DNA from: Hydrolagus affinis
Lineage: Eukaryota
Length of the DNA: 64,000 nucleotides
Reading direction: 5' to 3'
NCBI GenBank assembly: GCA_012026655.1
Contig: JAAILG010001098.1
Span: 1 to 64,000, forward strand
The first letter of the stretch is position 1; each line of letters opens with the position of its first letter. This document shows, in pieces, positions 24,401-38,839 of this stretch. The position numbers and the translations under genes were made by a program. The notes below the pieces were generated by a model. The model saw only the letters and a program-made list of their open reading frames with translations, was not told the DNA's origin and did not search any database.

Positions 24401-27400
24401 AGGATTGCTGAAACTTGGATTCTAGAAATAAAGAGAGTGAGGATGCAGCGAGATCGCTTCAAACAGAGACTGCTGTAGAGAGTGGTGCACTCACCACTGA
24501 ACAATAATAATAATCCTGGCATTTGATATAGCGCTTTTCACGTCTTCTAGACTGTGTCTCAAAGCGCTTCACAGAATGTACTGTAAAGTGAATTGACTGT
24601 ATATATTTGTGGGCGAAACGCGGCAGCCAATTGCACACAGCAGCGTCGCCCCCCACACACACAGCCATGGACTGAATGACTAAATTATTAATGTTTTTCT
24701 TCCTGAGGGATTATTATCAGCCATGTGGAGTAAGGAAACTTGCCCAAGGTTTTGCCGTGCTGAGAATCGAGCTCAGGTCTCTCGCTTGCAAGTCGAGCGC
24801 TCCAACTACTGAGCTACAAGACTGAGATTATTCCCAACGAGGATCCATTCTCTCTCACACACAGAGGCAGTGCTGTGTCACTGTACACTGATCAAAGCCG
24901 TGTGCTTTACTTACCACTGCTGGGGATGGGACATGGATACTGGGCACGGAGCGAGGTCTCACGTGGTTCGCCAGGTGACAGAGCACCACACCGTCAGTAA
25001 GCGCTGACGCCAGGTTGCGCGGGAGAGAAACCTTCAGCCGCGATTCAATATTCTGCAACAAAGCGGAGAGAAACTTTCACATATCCTGAGATTTTTTTTT
25101 AAAAGATAAATATTACACCTTTATACAGTGCCGGACACAGTGAGGAGAACAAATTTAGTAACTTGGCTGTTGATGAGAGGCCGATTGAGGTGAACAGAGA
25201 GAGAGAGAGAAGACACACTCACATTTGAAGAGCTCTAACGAATTAACGTGAATGACCGGGTAGGGAGAATGGATTGGAAAACACATTGGGCACATCGACG
25301 GGCCTAGTTTCTGCTTTGCACCAAATCCCATTAGCCATTCCGTAGCTCATTACCTTTCGTAACTGCTCTATCACTCTCTCTTCATCATCGTATCGCTTTC
25401 GGTTCTGCAGTAAAGTGTCTCCAGTGTCCTGGCTGGGGACGGCGGAGGAGCAGGCAGACGTAGTCTCATCTGGAAACAACAGGAGAAATTATGTGAAAGA
25501 CCCAATTTCCACAAATAGCTCCCTGTTTACAAGCATCTTCCAACTCGCTTTATTCTGTAGTTTTTTTTAAAAAAACAACAACAAACATGCACTTATATAG
25601 CACCCTCCATGCAGGGCTGAGTCTCAGGGCGCTTACACATATACAGACCAAATCATTATCCATTTTATACAGTGAAATGCTGACTCCTCCAAGTCTCAAT
25701 GTCGAACCAGGCAAACTGGTCACCAACAACAACAACAACTTTGATTTACACAGTGCCCTCCACGCCGGGCGGCGTCTCCAAGCTCTTCAAACCCTGATCA
25801 ACCCTAATAGGACATGGTTCAAGTATTGCACCACTACGAGGAATTCACTGCTCCGTTCTCCTTTCAACGTGGAGCCGGCCTGAGCCGGGAGACACCCCTT
25901 AAATACAGTTGTCACAAGTGGATCCATGCTACACACCCTCCGTGGACCTGATGTGTTCTCTGTTTACACTGGGTGCCTGAAACTGCACACATTTGTCCAA
26001 CTGTCCACCTCCGAAACAGGGTAAGTGACGCAGAACAAATTGGCCTTTTTGTAGAAACCAAACAGTAGCCATGGAGTTCACTGCTTCTGTTGCTCAAGCA
26101 CTGAAAGGCAACATGACCCTAAACACCTAATATACAACTATAACATTTGTCTGAAACATTATGTGAAAAGCGTTATATCAAATGCAAGGATTAATTAACT
26201 ATTTATTCATTTAATCATTCATTTATCTATTTATGTGTGTACATATATATGTGTATTATGCTCAGAATATTCTATCTGACACTCCCGGACAACCGACAAC
26301 AACAATTTGCATTTGTATAGTTAAACCGTGCATTTGATTTTTTTTTACTGCACTCTCTTTTGGTTTAAACCAGTTTCTCCCTCTCTCCTCATTACCTGCT
26401 GGAAATGCACATGCGACATGCCTGTGTATACGTTGCTGCCGTTAAAACTATGGGTTTTTGAGAACTGACTCCCCATGCCAAACCTACCTTTCTTAAGTTC
26501 ACCTCTCATGGCTGCTCTGAAGAGGTAGCTTTCAGGCCGGCACGCGTGTGTGAGCTGTTTGTAAGAAGGGGAAGGAGGACCAGGGTATGGAGGGGAAGGG
26601 TGAGCTGCAGCCAGAGATAGTGTAAGAGAGTGATCAAGATTTTAATAAGATTGAGAAACGGGGTTAATCAATAACCAGTGAAACCAAGAAGTGGACAAAG
26701 AAATGAGATAAAAAAAATATAAACTAGTAAATCACAAACAAACAAACAGAATAATATTGCAATATTAAAACAGAATATAAATGGCATGCAGTATTGGCAT
26801 GGATTAGTTTTACTGTGATGGACAAGCTTTGTGGTGAGAGTGTTTAGGTTTCACATCAGTTAATGATTAGTCAAGTTTATAGGTTTCCAATGTTGTCCAT
26901 GACCACAATACAATGCAGGACAATGGGGGGTGGGGAAACTTAAAAAGGTTAGAAATTCTCAGGCTGATTCACGGAGGGCAGAAATCCCATTTCATTTCTT
27001 TTCCATAAGGAATGATTCTCCCACCCCGAGAATCGCAATACCCCCCTTGTAATGAATGCATGCCATTTTTATAACCAGCAACAAAATTATTTCGCAAGAA
27101 CATAAATGTTGAAAAGTAAAAAAAACAAACAACGCAAGTGCAGTGGAAGCCGGTTAAGACGGACGACACATTGGGGGGGGGGGGCGCGGCTGTATGTCTC
27201 AGCTCGACAGGGGTCCGAGGGTAAATCAAACTACCCCACGTTCCGGGTTAACCCGCATCTGGCTAAAGCGGATTCCACTGTACTTTACTTTTTTTTGACA
27301 ATAGTGTAGCGTCTGGAGGACAAATAAAGTAACGAGGAGTAAACTGAACTTGTTTAAAATCAGAAATGGCAAAATGTTATAATGGGAGCTTTTAATGTTT

Positions 27401-30400
27401 CAACCTGTGTTCAGGTGTGTCAAAGCTACGGCTAAAACAAAACAAGCATCTTACTGTCAACAAAGATCATCCTGCAGCTCAGGGAAAAGCAGAAAAGAGA
27501 ATCTGCATACACAATCTCTTAGTACAAATATCCTGAAGAAGAATTCAATGGGTTTCCTCTTACCTGTGTGAGCAGGTGGCTGTGTAGCAGAGGTACTCTG
27601 TGCCAAAGGAGCTCGCTCTTCACTCTATGAGGACAAAAAGAAAATTTAAGTATCTTTTACTGCAGCGGTATTCATAAGCAACGTACACAGCAGTGACCAG
27701 GCCTATCCAGGAACCATCCACTTAACTATGAATCAGGATCACAGAAGTACAGTTAAGCCTCATTTAGACTACAGAGGATCAATATCTGAAACAGATGGAT
27801 CAAACTGAATTCAATTCGATGGAAAGAGGATTACTTTAGAAATGGAAATGGATCCACAAACCCCGTGGACATGCTCAGCGTCCAGGATTATCTCATCTAC
27901 AATTTAATTGGTGCCGCTCAATCCTACCAATTTCACCACGCAACGAATACGTCCCGCTGCAGATTGTAACTACTGTATAAGGGGAGCATTTGTGGAGACG
28001 TGTAGCTCAGTGGTTAACAAGCGAGAAACCCGGGTTCAATTCCAGGCAGGTCAGGGCAAAACCTTGGGCAAGTTTCCTTACTCCACACGCCAAATAATAA
28101 TCCCCCCAAATAAACAATAATAAATTGGTCATTTTCAATCCACAACTGTGTTTGTGGGGGGAGGGGGACGCTGCTGTGCGCAATTGGCTGCCGCGTTTCG
28201 CCCATAAATATATACGCAGTCAATTCACTTTACAGTATATTCTGTGAAGCGCTTTGAGACGTCTAGCAGATGTGAAAAGCGCTGTATCAAATGCAAGGAT
28301 TATTATTTTCAATAGTTCTACTAGGCAGCAACATCCACGTTTACTAGTCCTTTAGGTCACATTTCCAAAAGACCGTAATGTGCAATAGTTATTTTTACGA
28401 TGCCCAGTTGGAAAGCAGGGCTCGGCCTCCACAATAAATCCACATCAATTCATTCACTTCCAGGTGGAGACTTTTCATTCTCTGGATTCATTTAGTATTT
28501 ACAATTTAAAAAAAAAATGATTGGTGTACTGAACACTCAAATTCAAACGTCGCTGTTGTACAATTACCACAGATTTGGGCAGCAGATCGGTGCAACAGAA
28601 GGATTCCATAGCACTGTACATTTATGTGGTTGTTCTCAGCTTGTTGAGAACAAATAGACAGATTTAATGCCAAAGCGTTTAGACGTGTCAAAGAGGAACT
28701 ATTGGTTTGTTTCCAAATAGTAAGTGGCAGAAGGAGAAAGGAGATAATATGAGAAACAGGGGAGACAATGCCTAGATTAAGATGGGCTTTGATGGACAGC
28801 AGTAGGGGGGTGGGGGTGGAAATTTAATCTTTCTTTGAATTTGAAGCTCTTCTCTAGTATATTTTCAGCAATAGGGGGCAGCACCAATGGTAGAGATGTG
28901 ACCCCAGGAAGGGAGCAGAGAGTCAGCGGAAATAAAATTATATTTTAGAAAAAGAGAATCTCAGCAGTATGGTCCTTTACTGGCCAAAGAAGCTTCTCCT
29001 CAACAAAGATTATCTAAAGGTCTGATGAACGAGTCTACATCTCATATATTTTATCTGTTTGGATCTAAGAGAAAGTAATGTATATCCCCACAGACTGCCA
29101 TCCATTTCATATCACCAGGAGTATGTGGCAGCAACTTTCACAAAAAACATCTTTCCTCCAACTAGAAAATATTCCAGCCTTCTCCGGTGTATGAAGTGGA
29201 ACAGAAAATCATATCAATGTCTGTCCATCTCTCTAACATTTAACAATCATTTTTGATCTCTCAAACCACGACTGTTTGTGGGGCGTTGATTGCTGTGCGC
29301 AATTTGGTTGTCTCATTTTGCCCACAAAATGTACTCAACTCACTTTAATAATCAAAGCGCTTTGAGTTGTTTCGAAGAAGTGATAAGACGCTATAGCAAG
29401 GATTATTATTACTACGATGATGGAAATTAACATATTCACTTATTAAAATCTAATTCTGTGACCTTTGTCAGAATGTAATCATGAACCTACCTTTAAATTG
29501 CCTTTACTTTAAAAAAAAAAAAATTTGTTTTCACTATTTCCACAGTAAAAATTGGGAATGGTAAAATAATTCTACTCAAACACAATATTAAATTGTGAAG
29601 ACAACACTAAATTACACTGCAATCTGGACATCTTACAACAAACTGTTGTATTTCAGGCCTTTGTCCCAAGTTTAGATTCTTAATCCTTTTAGGACTAAAA
29701 ATACTAAATGAGAGAAGGGAATATTGTGCTTTCTCTTAACTCTCAAAGCAGAGGTCACCTATCTGCAGGACAGACGACAGCTCGAGTCACCAGCATTTGA
29801 CATATTACAGTTCTCTATAGGAATTAGCATATTTTGACAGTGACAACAGCCCGGGAATTGCACATGCACAAGATTCTTTTTTTCAGGACAAACAGCAGAT
29901 ATAATCACATTAATTATGCATTAGTAATGAAACATATTTCAGTTCTGTAAACAGGACTTCCTCAAGTGATTTAGCTCCTGCTTACGTTACACCCAACTTT
30001 GGTTGTCAATGTGGGAGGAATGCTCTGACAATCTGGTGCTTTCAGTGAGTGAGTGAGTGACGCAAACTGTTAGGGTAACCTTGTATATCATGAAGCTCTT
30101 CATTCCCGAGTTAGCGATGGAAAGAGGATAAGGGACAGATGAAAGGATAGATTTCAGGGATGTTGCAAACCAGCTACATGGGAATGGAGAGAAATTTATG
30201 GGTATAATTTAACCGTTTCAGGGAAGAAAAAATTACAACGAATGAAAATGATATGTTAAGGGCAAGCTGCATGGTAAAATTTAAATGTAAAAGATAGAAG
30301 TGGCCATGTGACACCCTGTGCCAGATTTCTGAAAGAGTTAATTATTCAGTCTCATTCCCCTGTTTTTTTCAAGCACTTTTAAATTCTCCTTTTTAGATAT

Positions 30401-33400
30401 TTACAGTTCAGTATTTTATAAAAACCCTAAGGAACCAAGATATACATTTTGTTGCTGTCTAACATCCTAATCTCCCAGCAATCTGTCCATTCCTCTGCTC
30501 AGTGGGCTCCGGCCTGCTTCGCATCCTCTGCTTTGCCTACTCCATGCCCCCACCCTCTGGAACTCCATCCCAATCCCACCGCCTCGCCCCCTCCCTTCAA
30601 GACTCTTCTCTTCGACTGTGCCTTCGGTCCTTACTGCCCAGAGCCTTGGGACATCTTCCTGACGTGAAAGACCAGAGCTACACACACGTCATTTGTTGTT
30701 GTCTCTCTCAGGTCACCCGACATTGAGTTTGGAGTGGCCCAGTGACTCCTTATGTTATTTGTGTGCCGCCCTTTGGCTCGTTTGTTAATGACACTGGCTA
30801 TCATTGGAAATTAATTATCCAACGTGGAAGATCACAGGTTTCATCTCCAGCCTGGGCCGGGTCACTGATCTTAATAAGGGCAGCAGTACGGACAATCACT
30901 TTGTCTCCATAATTCTGCCAAAGGAAGAAGAAATGAACAACAAAGGCTTCCACTGCTCATCGCTACTGTTAAGTGTGTGTTGTGTGCGCACATTTACATG
31001 TACATGCCTGATAATGGCATGATGAGACTTGGCTTCAATGATCTGGCATTTAAACAAATGTGTTAACACTCACAATCACAAACAGACCCCTCTAAATGCA
31101 TATAAAATAACAGTGTAAACCTAATGACAGGTTAGCCATACACAGCAAAGACTTTGGTCTGGTGAGACGGTCACACACAATTTCATGCAGAAAACACAAA
31201 CCACATGCTTCACAAAGCCACACACAATGCAAAAGCTGCTCAATCACCTTGCTGTGTGAGCCAGGCCTCCGCTTAATGGTATTGGTGTTACTGTCAATCT
31301 CAAAGAAGAAGTGCGGTTGAAAGCCATTCTGTTACAGAGAGAAGCACAGAAGAAAGCTTTAAGACAAGAGGGTCAAAGCCTGAAAATTATCAGCCAGGGG
31401 TAGACTTGGAAAAAGGCGGCAACCGCATTTTAATTTATTTCAACAGCCTCCCTTGTTTTGTACAGCAATACAATCTACATCACAAAAAACAATCACCGGA
31501 TTAGAAGAATAACTGAAGGCAGTGAGCTGGAAACAAACAGTGGGCAAATTCACGTTCTACATCACCATCAACAACAACAACACTGAGAAAGTGCAATACC
31601 CATCTTCGAAAATAATGATTGGAAAATTCTCTGCTAATGACGTTCATTTAAGAAACTTGTTTCCACCTGTACACAATCTGGGATATTACATGAACCTCAC
31701 ACAAACTTTCATAGATTTTATTAGCTTTCATCCAATGAGATGGTGTTGCATGTTGACATATGCAAAATTCTTCACACTATAAAATAATTAAACCTGTCTG
31801 TCCATAATAGTAGGCTAATAATAATCCTTGCATCTGAGTTTTTTAATTTGTGTCCGCCGGTTCTAGTTTTTTTTGCCCATTTAAAATATATTTGGAGGAA
31901 TCTATTTTGTAAGCTCTTGATGTGGAAGCACTTGGGAAACAGGAATATTTAAAAGGGAAAAGCACTTATTTTAAAATTTCATTCTCCCCCGATGTACTGA
32001 TTAAAAAGTCAACTTCCAGTAGTATAATAATAGTGATATAAGTAGTTAATAATTCCAATGGTTCGATTGTTTTATTCTAGATCCTAACTAGCCAGAAACA
32101 TTCATATGTGAACTGATAAACTTATAGGCATCATGTTGCAGTGAATTGTAACACTCAGATTATGTCAAACAGGTCACAGAATGCCTACTTCTGAGGGTGC
32201 TTACAGGTTGATTTGAGAATTGTGGATAATTTGCAGAGTACTGGAGATCCAGTAGTACAGTAGTAGGAAGAGAAAAAGGAACCAAAAATAAGACAGAACA
32301 CAGGAAAAGTGTAAAATTATGGATGGAATAAAGCTACAGCTACAAAGCACAAAAATAAAATAAAATTAAATACATTTAAAAAATGCATACGAGGTATGGA
32401 TTAGGCAAGCACTCAAAACAAAAACACAATGGTTTTACAAACATGAATACAGAAATGTTGGCCAAGTAAATAAAGTTTAGTGGGTACACAAAGGGGAACT
32501 GCAACAATCTAGACCATTGGTTTTTAGCAACTGAGGGAACCTGGATCAGTCGCCAGGAAAATAATCTTGCACCTCTTAGCATTCTTAGTAACCTGGGTAA
32601 TCCAGTGTTTTGCAAACTGTAGAGAGGCAGCACAGAGTCTGGTGATTGTGTGTGGATGGTGCTGCACCAGTGAGCAGGCGATTGGTTACTGGAGCATATT
32701 CAGTTGTTGAGTTCATGCAGCATGGGCAAAAATTACAGTATTTGCTCGGGTGAGTTCAACTACTGATTGAAGTTAGAATCAATGAACAGAAATAACATTC
32801 GCTGCTACGTAAAACAAACGTGAATAGCACAATCCACAGCACTTTCCTCCCTCCCAGCCTCCAAGCTGCTAAACTGTAGTTTTTGTAGGAAAATGGTAAA
32901 TGCAGACTCACAGTTTCGTCTGCAGCTGGTCTCAATACTGGTCAATACCAATACTGGTCGATATCTATACCGGAGATACCAATTTTATCTTGAACTGGAA
33001 TGACTGTATTCCAGCTTTCCCTTTGGAACTCCCAGCTCCGAACCTCAACCTCCCGTTACCAGTGATGTTAAGAAGTCAACCCACCAGGGTCAGGGTATGC
33101 AGAATGATTCTGAGTCACCTTTGATAGCTGTGCTTCCATTCCAGCTCTTTAACCCACATCAAATGTGTCACGGGTTCCAAACGTCAAAACCCCCCAACCC
33201 CCCCCCCACCCCACCCACCACCTCGATAAAAGTGGTTTGTGGTTTCTCAATGTGTTACAGGGCTCACAATGTGATATTTACCAATATCCAACAAGAGAAT
33301 AAACTAAATACCGTTCCATGTAAGGTTTAACTGTTCTCTAATCATGTTCTGATCATGTTGGGTGTGTGTACACTGGGGTGGGGGTGGGGTGCGGGGGGAA

Positions 33401-36400
33401 GAGAGGGTCAGAGGACAACACAGAAACAAAGATGACATCTGACCTTCTAGCCAAAGTTCGGCATGTGTGATCGGGTTCACACCATATGTGTTAGTCGGCC
33501 TTTGCTTTCCTGTCACTGTGGAGGGAATCTCCACTTCCACAAACAGTATAGACCCTGCTCGATACTAAAGATGAGCCACTGGTTACTTTGCAACTCCTAG
33601 GCCTTGTGACAACAGTGATTCTCACGTTGGAAACTTCTGCCCAACTCCAGCCCTACAGGGAAATCTGTTCCGCGCTTGCCTTGTCGCTTGTCAGCAATTA
33701 TGGCCAGAACAGATTTCACAGAATCCACATCTTCCGGAAAAAAAAAGTGCCCAGGAAACCAATTACTGTGACAGCAACGGAGAAATCTCCCTGAACAGTA
33801 AGAGAAATCCCCACAGGCCCAGCTGAGGTGGTTTCCAAGCGAAGCTCTGTGCGAGGAGGAACACACACACAGAGTACTTCCATTGCGTGTGGGTTGCGCT
33901 ATTCAGTACAGCTTTAGCTATCGGTTGTTCGGTTGACTTATTTATCATGCCCACGTCTAAGCTCTATGCTTCTAGATTACAAACAGGCCATGCCATGCAG
34001 GCACTCTCTTACCACTAACAAGGCGCTATCGTCTGTGTGCTGGGACCGTCTGGTAAGGAAAGATTTGGGAAGCTGGTGGAGGGGAAGGGGGAGAAAGACA
34101 GATGAATAAAACAAAACACAGCACAAACAATCAACGTGGGCTCGTCAGGACAAGGAAACTGTGGCCTGAAGAGGGACAAAGGCACGTAATTCAAATGTAA
34201 CACTCATCGCCAGGGCAAAGGGATGAGATATTTAGGGGCCCCTGAATTCAAGACCAAAAACAGTCATTTTTAATGATATGGCGACCCATAACACAAACTC
34301 TCACCCACGTATTCTTAGCTCAGTTCACAGCTAATCGGCCAATTCAAAGTATAAACTCAAAGTACAAATTGTCATTGAATTTATCCGATTCTTCACCTTT
34401 GTGCCCGAGGATGAGATGTTACTGAATGCGTGTCTGGTGCTGGTGAGGGGGAAGGGGGTGTGACATAACACATGCATACATAAAACGTGTAATGGATCCT
34501 GTCTGTCATATATTTCAGGACCCAGGCAAACAGCGTAGCCGAGTGAGGTTGGTAAAGGTACTGGGAAACACAGCGTTTCCAATATCAGTCTTTTTTGATT
34601 TTTTTTAAGATTGAAAAGCCAACTGAGTTACCAGGTTTTAAAATACTCAATAAATCAAGTTTTATGCTTCCAACAGTCCACCTCTTAAAACAAGGCAGCT
34701 CACCTCACAAAGGTGGAGCAAGAGGTGCTGTGCGCCTGGGTCTCATAGCACTAAAGCATGTTCTTGGCACACAGATATAGGAAGACGTAAACATTGATAA
34801 TTTAAATGCTAAGGATCTCTTTAAACCAGACTCAACCCATCTTAAACCTATCTTAAAGGTTTAAGATGTTACCCATGTTAAAGTACAACTATAAAAATAT
34901 ATCTCCAGAGCAAATGACAAGAGGATACTGTTTTGACAAAAACATTATTAGGCAAGAAACCATTGGCCTAAATTAATTTGACACATGTATGGAAACAGAG
35001 GAATGGAATGTACGTGTAAAGCCAGACAAATTAAATAGTAGGGGAAATTAAATCCACAAGGGAAGAAATAAGTCCAGAAGCTTTAACTGTGCCAAAATAA
35101 ACGATATTTTCACAACTACAGACAAACAACTACATCGTTAGCATTCTTCTTTCAACAAAGGGAACTTCTAGTGGTGATTATTTGTTGTCTGTAATCCCAT
35201 AAATAATATCCTATAACAAATGCCTGCAACAAAATTCACTGCCTTCCAGAGAAAGTTATACTTTTTAATACATTTTAGGATCCACATCTGAAAAGGAAAA
35301 TAAAATGACACCATATACCTTGTGAGCTACCTCCCATTTCTGGAATGGAAAGGTACTCACTCAGGATAACTTGTCATACATACACGCATATCTACTCTAG
35401 GAAGCCTATTAAAACATGTTAGAAATACAATGTGACGAACTCCATTAAATTATTATGTTTGTAAAATAAATATGCTCTTTAGAGTTGGGTGATTATGTCA
35501 AAAATGATCTGCGCTTGTGTTTGGGCTTATTATTAATTAGCTGCTTTGTCTTTGTTGGTTGAAATGAAAAGTTATGTTTCATGTTGTTATGGAGAACTCA
35601 GCAAAGGTCTTCCATATTTATTCTCTTTAACTCAAACTACTCTTAAGACTTACGTTGCTATGATCACTGTCTGATGGACTCTGTTTCTGAGGACTCTGTG
35701 CACTCTTCTGCTGCAGGGAAATCACAGAAAACAGCTTCAGTAGGTTTACATTACATCAGTCCGTTTATTTCATGCATTATATCAGACCCTCTCTGAAATC
35801 ACAGCAACACTCTTCACACCCACAACTTAAAAGCTCCTTCACCGTACTTTTGTTGTTGAATTTAAATTTGCAGTTCTCTTAACAATGAAATTCTTCCAAT
35901 TACATTTCCCTGTCCTAATGATTGATGTGTACATAGATAGAAATTAACACAAGAACTAGAATTCGGCAAAATACAGTCACTTCACTTTAAAGTAAATCTG
36001 CAAGGGGCTTTGAGAGATCCTCAACATGAAAGTTGTTACATAAAATGCAAGGATTTTTTTTTTAAAAAAGGATGTAAATATACAGCATCTAGGAGAGATA
36101 AATGGACCTCCTCCTAATGTGAAAGGTGCTATATACAAGTATAATTTTATTGTTATTGTTGTATCACAAAACCCAAAGTCCCTCTGAAACATAACCCTGA
36201 TAGACACTGATCAATATGCTGCTTGTTCCCAGTTTGTCAGCCTGACAGTCACTGTTGTTTGCAGTTCAGACAAGCCTGTGGCATTAATCAATATCACAAT
36301 TCAAAAATATCTCATCTGAAAATAGAACCACTGCAGTACAAAGCACACAGTGCTGTCACATGCAAGGGAAGGACTGAGGGAAGCCTATTCAGTGTAAGCA

Positions 36401-38806
36401 TCCAGCGGTGACACAGAGGTCATAGCTAAGGTCCTTCACAGAACTACAAGCTCTACATAGTCCTCTTGAAGAATCCCTGCTCACAGAAGAGCAAAACCTG
36501 AAAAGTCCTGAAAAGTCAAAGGGTTTAATGGTGACTGTTGACTCATTTCTTATCTGTTCCGTTCATCTGACAAAGTTTGGAGATACTGGCTGGCTCTCGT
36601 GTATAACAATAAGGATATCTGATAGCACTGGCATCTGCTGGCAATATAAGAGCTGCACTGTTTAAGCTCTACAGCCGTGAAGTACAGGCTGTATATCCGC
36701 CTGAACCACTAGATGAGGAGATAATTGAACATTTCATCTGAAGAACAATATGAGCAACGGCGGCGGCTTGGACTGCACCTCAGAAGAAGGCCATTGAAGT
36801 GTATTCCAGCACCTCAGTCTCGACAGTCGATGAGAGGAGGAGAGAAGAAAATTTAATCGGAATCCAAAAAAAGGCCTCTGGAATTTTTAGGAATTAAGAT
36901 CAAAATTCAGTTCTCGCAAATTTCAGCGATATTTTCCAGTGACGTTCAAATCACAAACGATAGGTTTTCTTTCAAGAGGACCGTACAGCTATCTTTCAAA
37001 CACTGGCACTTACTCTCACAAAGTCGAGGACAGCTTCTTTTTGAATCTGTTTCGTGCGAATTCTCTCCTCCTGGTATTGCTGGGCTGCGAGTTGAACTTC
37101 TCTCCGAGTCCGCTCCACTACCAAATGCTCGCGTCTCCTTTGCAACTCTTGCTCTGTGCAGCCGACGTTTGATGTCTGGCAAGCAGAGCAGTTAAACCAT
37201 TTAATCTGCTCACCAGCCATCTGGATCTCATTTGTAGCAAAGTTTCCTTCAGCAGCATCAGTAAAATGCATCAACAACGAGAATTCGTAATTAAGAGAAT
37301 TCTTGTTGCCCCCTTTACATTGGTCAAAAGACATGTCCCATTGACCCCACTGAACTGTGCATAAGCTGCCTGGCTACCCTACCTCCCTAGTCACTTCCTA
37401 TGATGTGCAATGTAATGCACCAATAAACTAATGACCAGTAAACTGTGACCAAACAGAACAAGAGAAGACGTCAGGATAAAAGAAGATGAAGCGTTCACCG
37501 TCAGGAGAGAGAGAGAGAGAGAGAGAAAGAAGACATTGGAGACAACACCTTCTATCAGATCCTAACTCTTTTGTGGTCAGGCGAGTGTTTGACAGACACG
37601 GATATCCATCACCAAGCTTAAGAGCCTCCAAACTTGACAAGGCAGAGAACAAAAATACAAAAATCTATATTGTAAAATTACAAGCATACTCACACACACA
37701 CATTCAGTCTGTCTGCTGGGCGCATGGAAAATGGTCATATCAGACATGTGGCAAAAAGCCAGGATATCAAAATGATATTGTTCCAGACATTACATAATCT
37801 GCCCAAACAGTTAGTGCGGTCGATGACACAATGCAAAAAAACCTGTTTAAATACTGTATTATCATCTGTTATGATTACCTGATATTGGCCACTAGATGGA
37901 GTCTGAGGCATCGAGCCAGCTTCCAAAAATCTACTGCAAAAAAACACAGAGAAATCCTGTATTGTGTTGATAAACGACAAAGGACGAAAATGTTCCCGAT
38001 CTTTGTATTAACATTCAATAACAGAAGAAAAATAAAGACAGCATTACCACATTTTAAACATTAAATAGTATAACTGTACTGAATAATCAACCCTTTTCGT
38101 TACACTGGTGGAATAGATCAGGACAGCAGCTCAAAAGTAGTTAATTTAGTTTCCTGAGCTGACTGGCGAACATAAGAACAAGGAGCAGGAGTAGGCTATT
38201 CAGCCCCGCCATTTAATAAGATCATGGCTGATCTACCCAGCCAGCAAAGATGGTATGTAACTTGGGACTCAACTTTGTTTTTACAGAAGCAACCAGCAGC
38301 AAACAATCAACATTAAACACAATTCCAGTAAGATATAGATTCAGATTTCAAAGTAATCTTGGTTAGTCCTAAGTTAGTTCTCAGTTTAATGTTTCTACAT
38401 TATTCAGCACAGTAAGTTTCAAACCAAATTGCTCTTCCTCTTTTAAAGCAATCAAGAATTAAAGTTAAGTTACCCATCTTTTAGCCCCTGCTGTCCCTCA
38501 CCATACTGCCACAATTGTAAAGTTTCAGGTCTCCGTGAACCAACAGGCTCATTCCTATAAAAAATGCATAAAATGCATCAGTATGGGTTACATGTTGGAT
38601 AAACAGCATCACTCCTAGTTTGTTGGCAGGACTCAGAAGGGCTGACCAGTCCCTGAAAGCAGTTCTTCTCACTTGGACCTTGTTAACCACGCAACCCACA
38701 GCACTGGTGGGTAGGGTCGTTAAAATCGCTACCTTTTCTGTTTCATTTCATAATGTCAAACTATTCCTGAGACCATTCGTTCTGTAGTGCTATCAATCAA
38801 TCATCC

Positions 38807-38839
<33 letters not shown>

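Noticed and set aside
34397-34440. Possible extra LRCH3 exon (RHAFSNISSSGTK)
   Set aside because: Open only in a phase incompatible with the flanking phase-0 exons. The phase-0 reading hits TAA.
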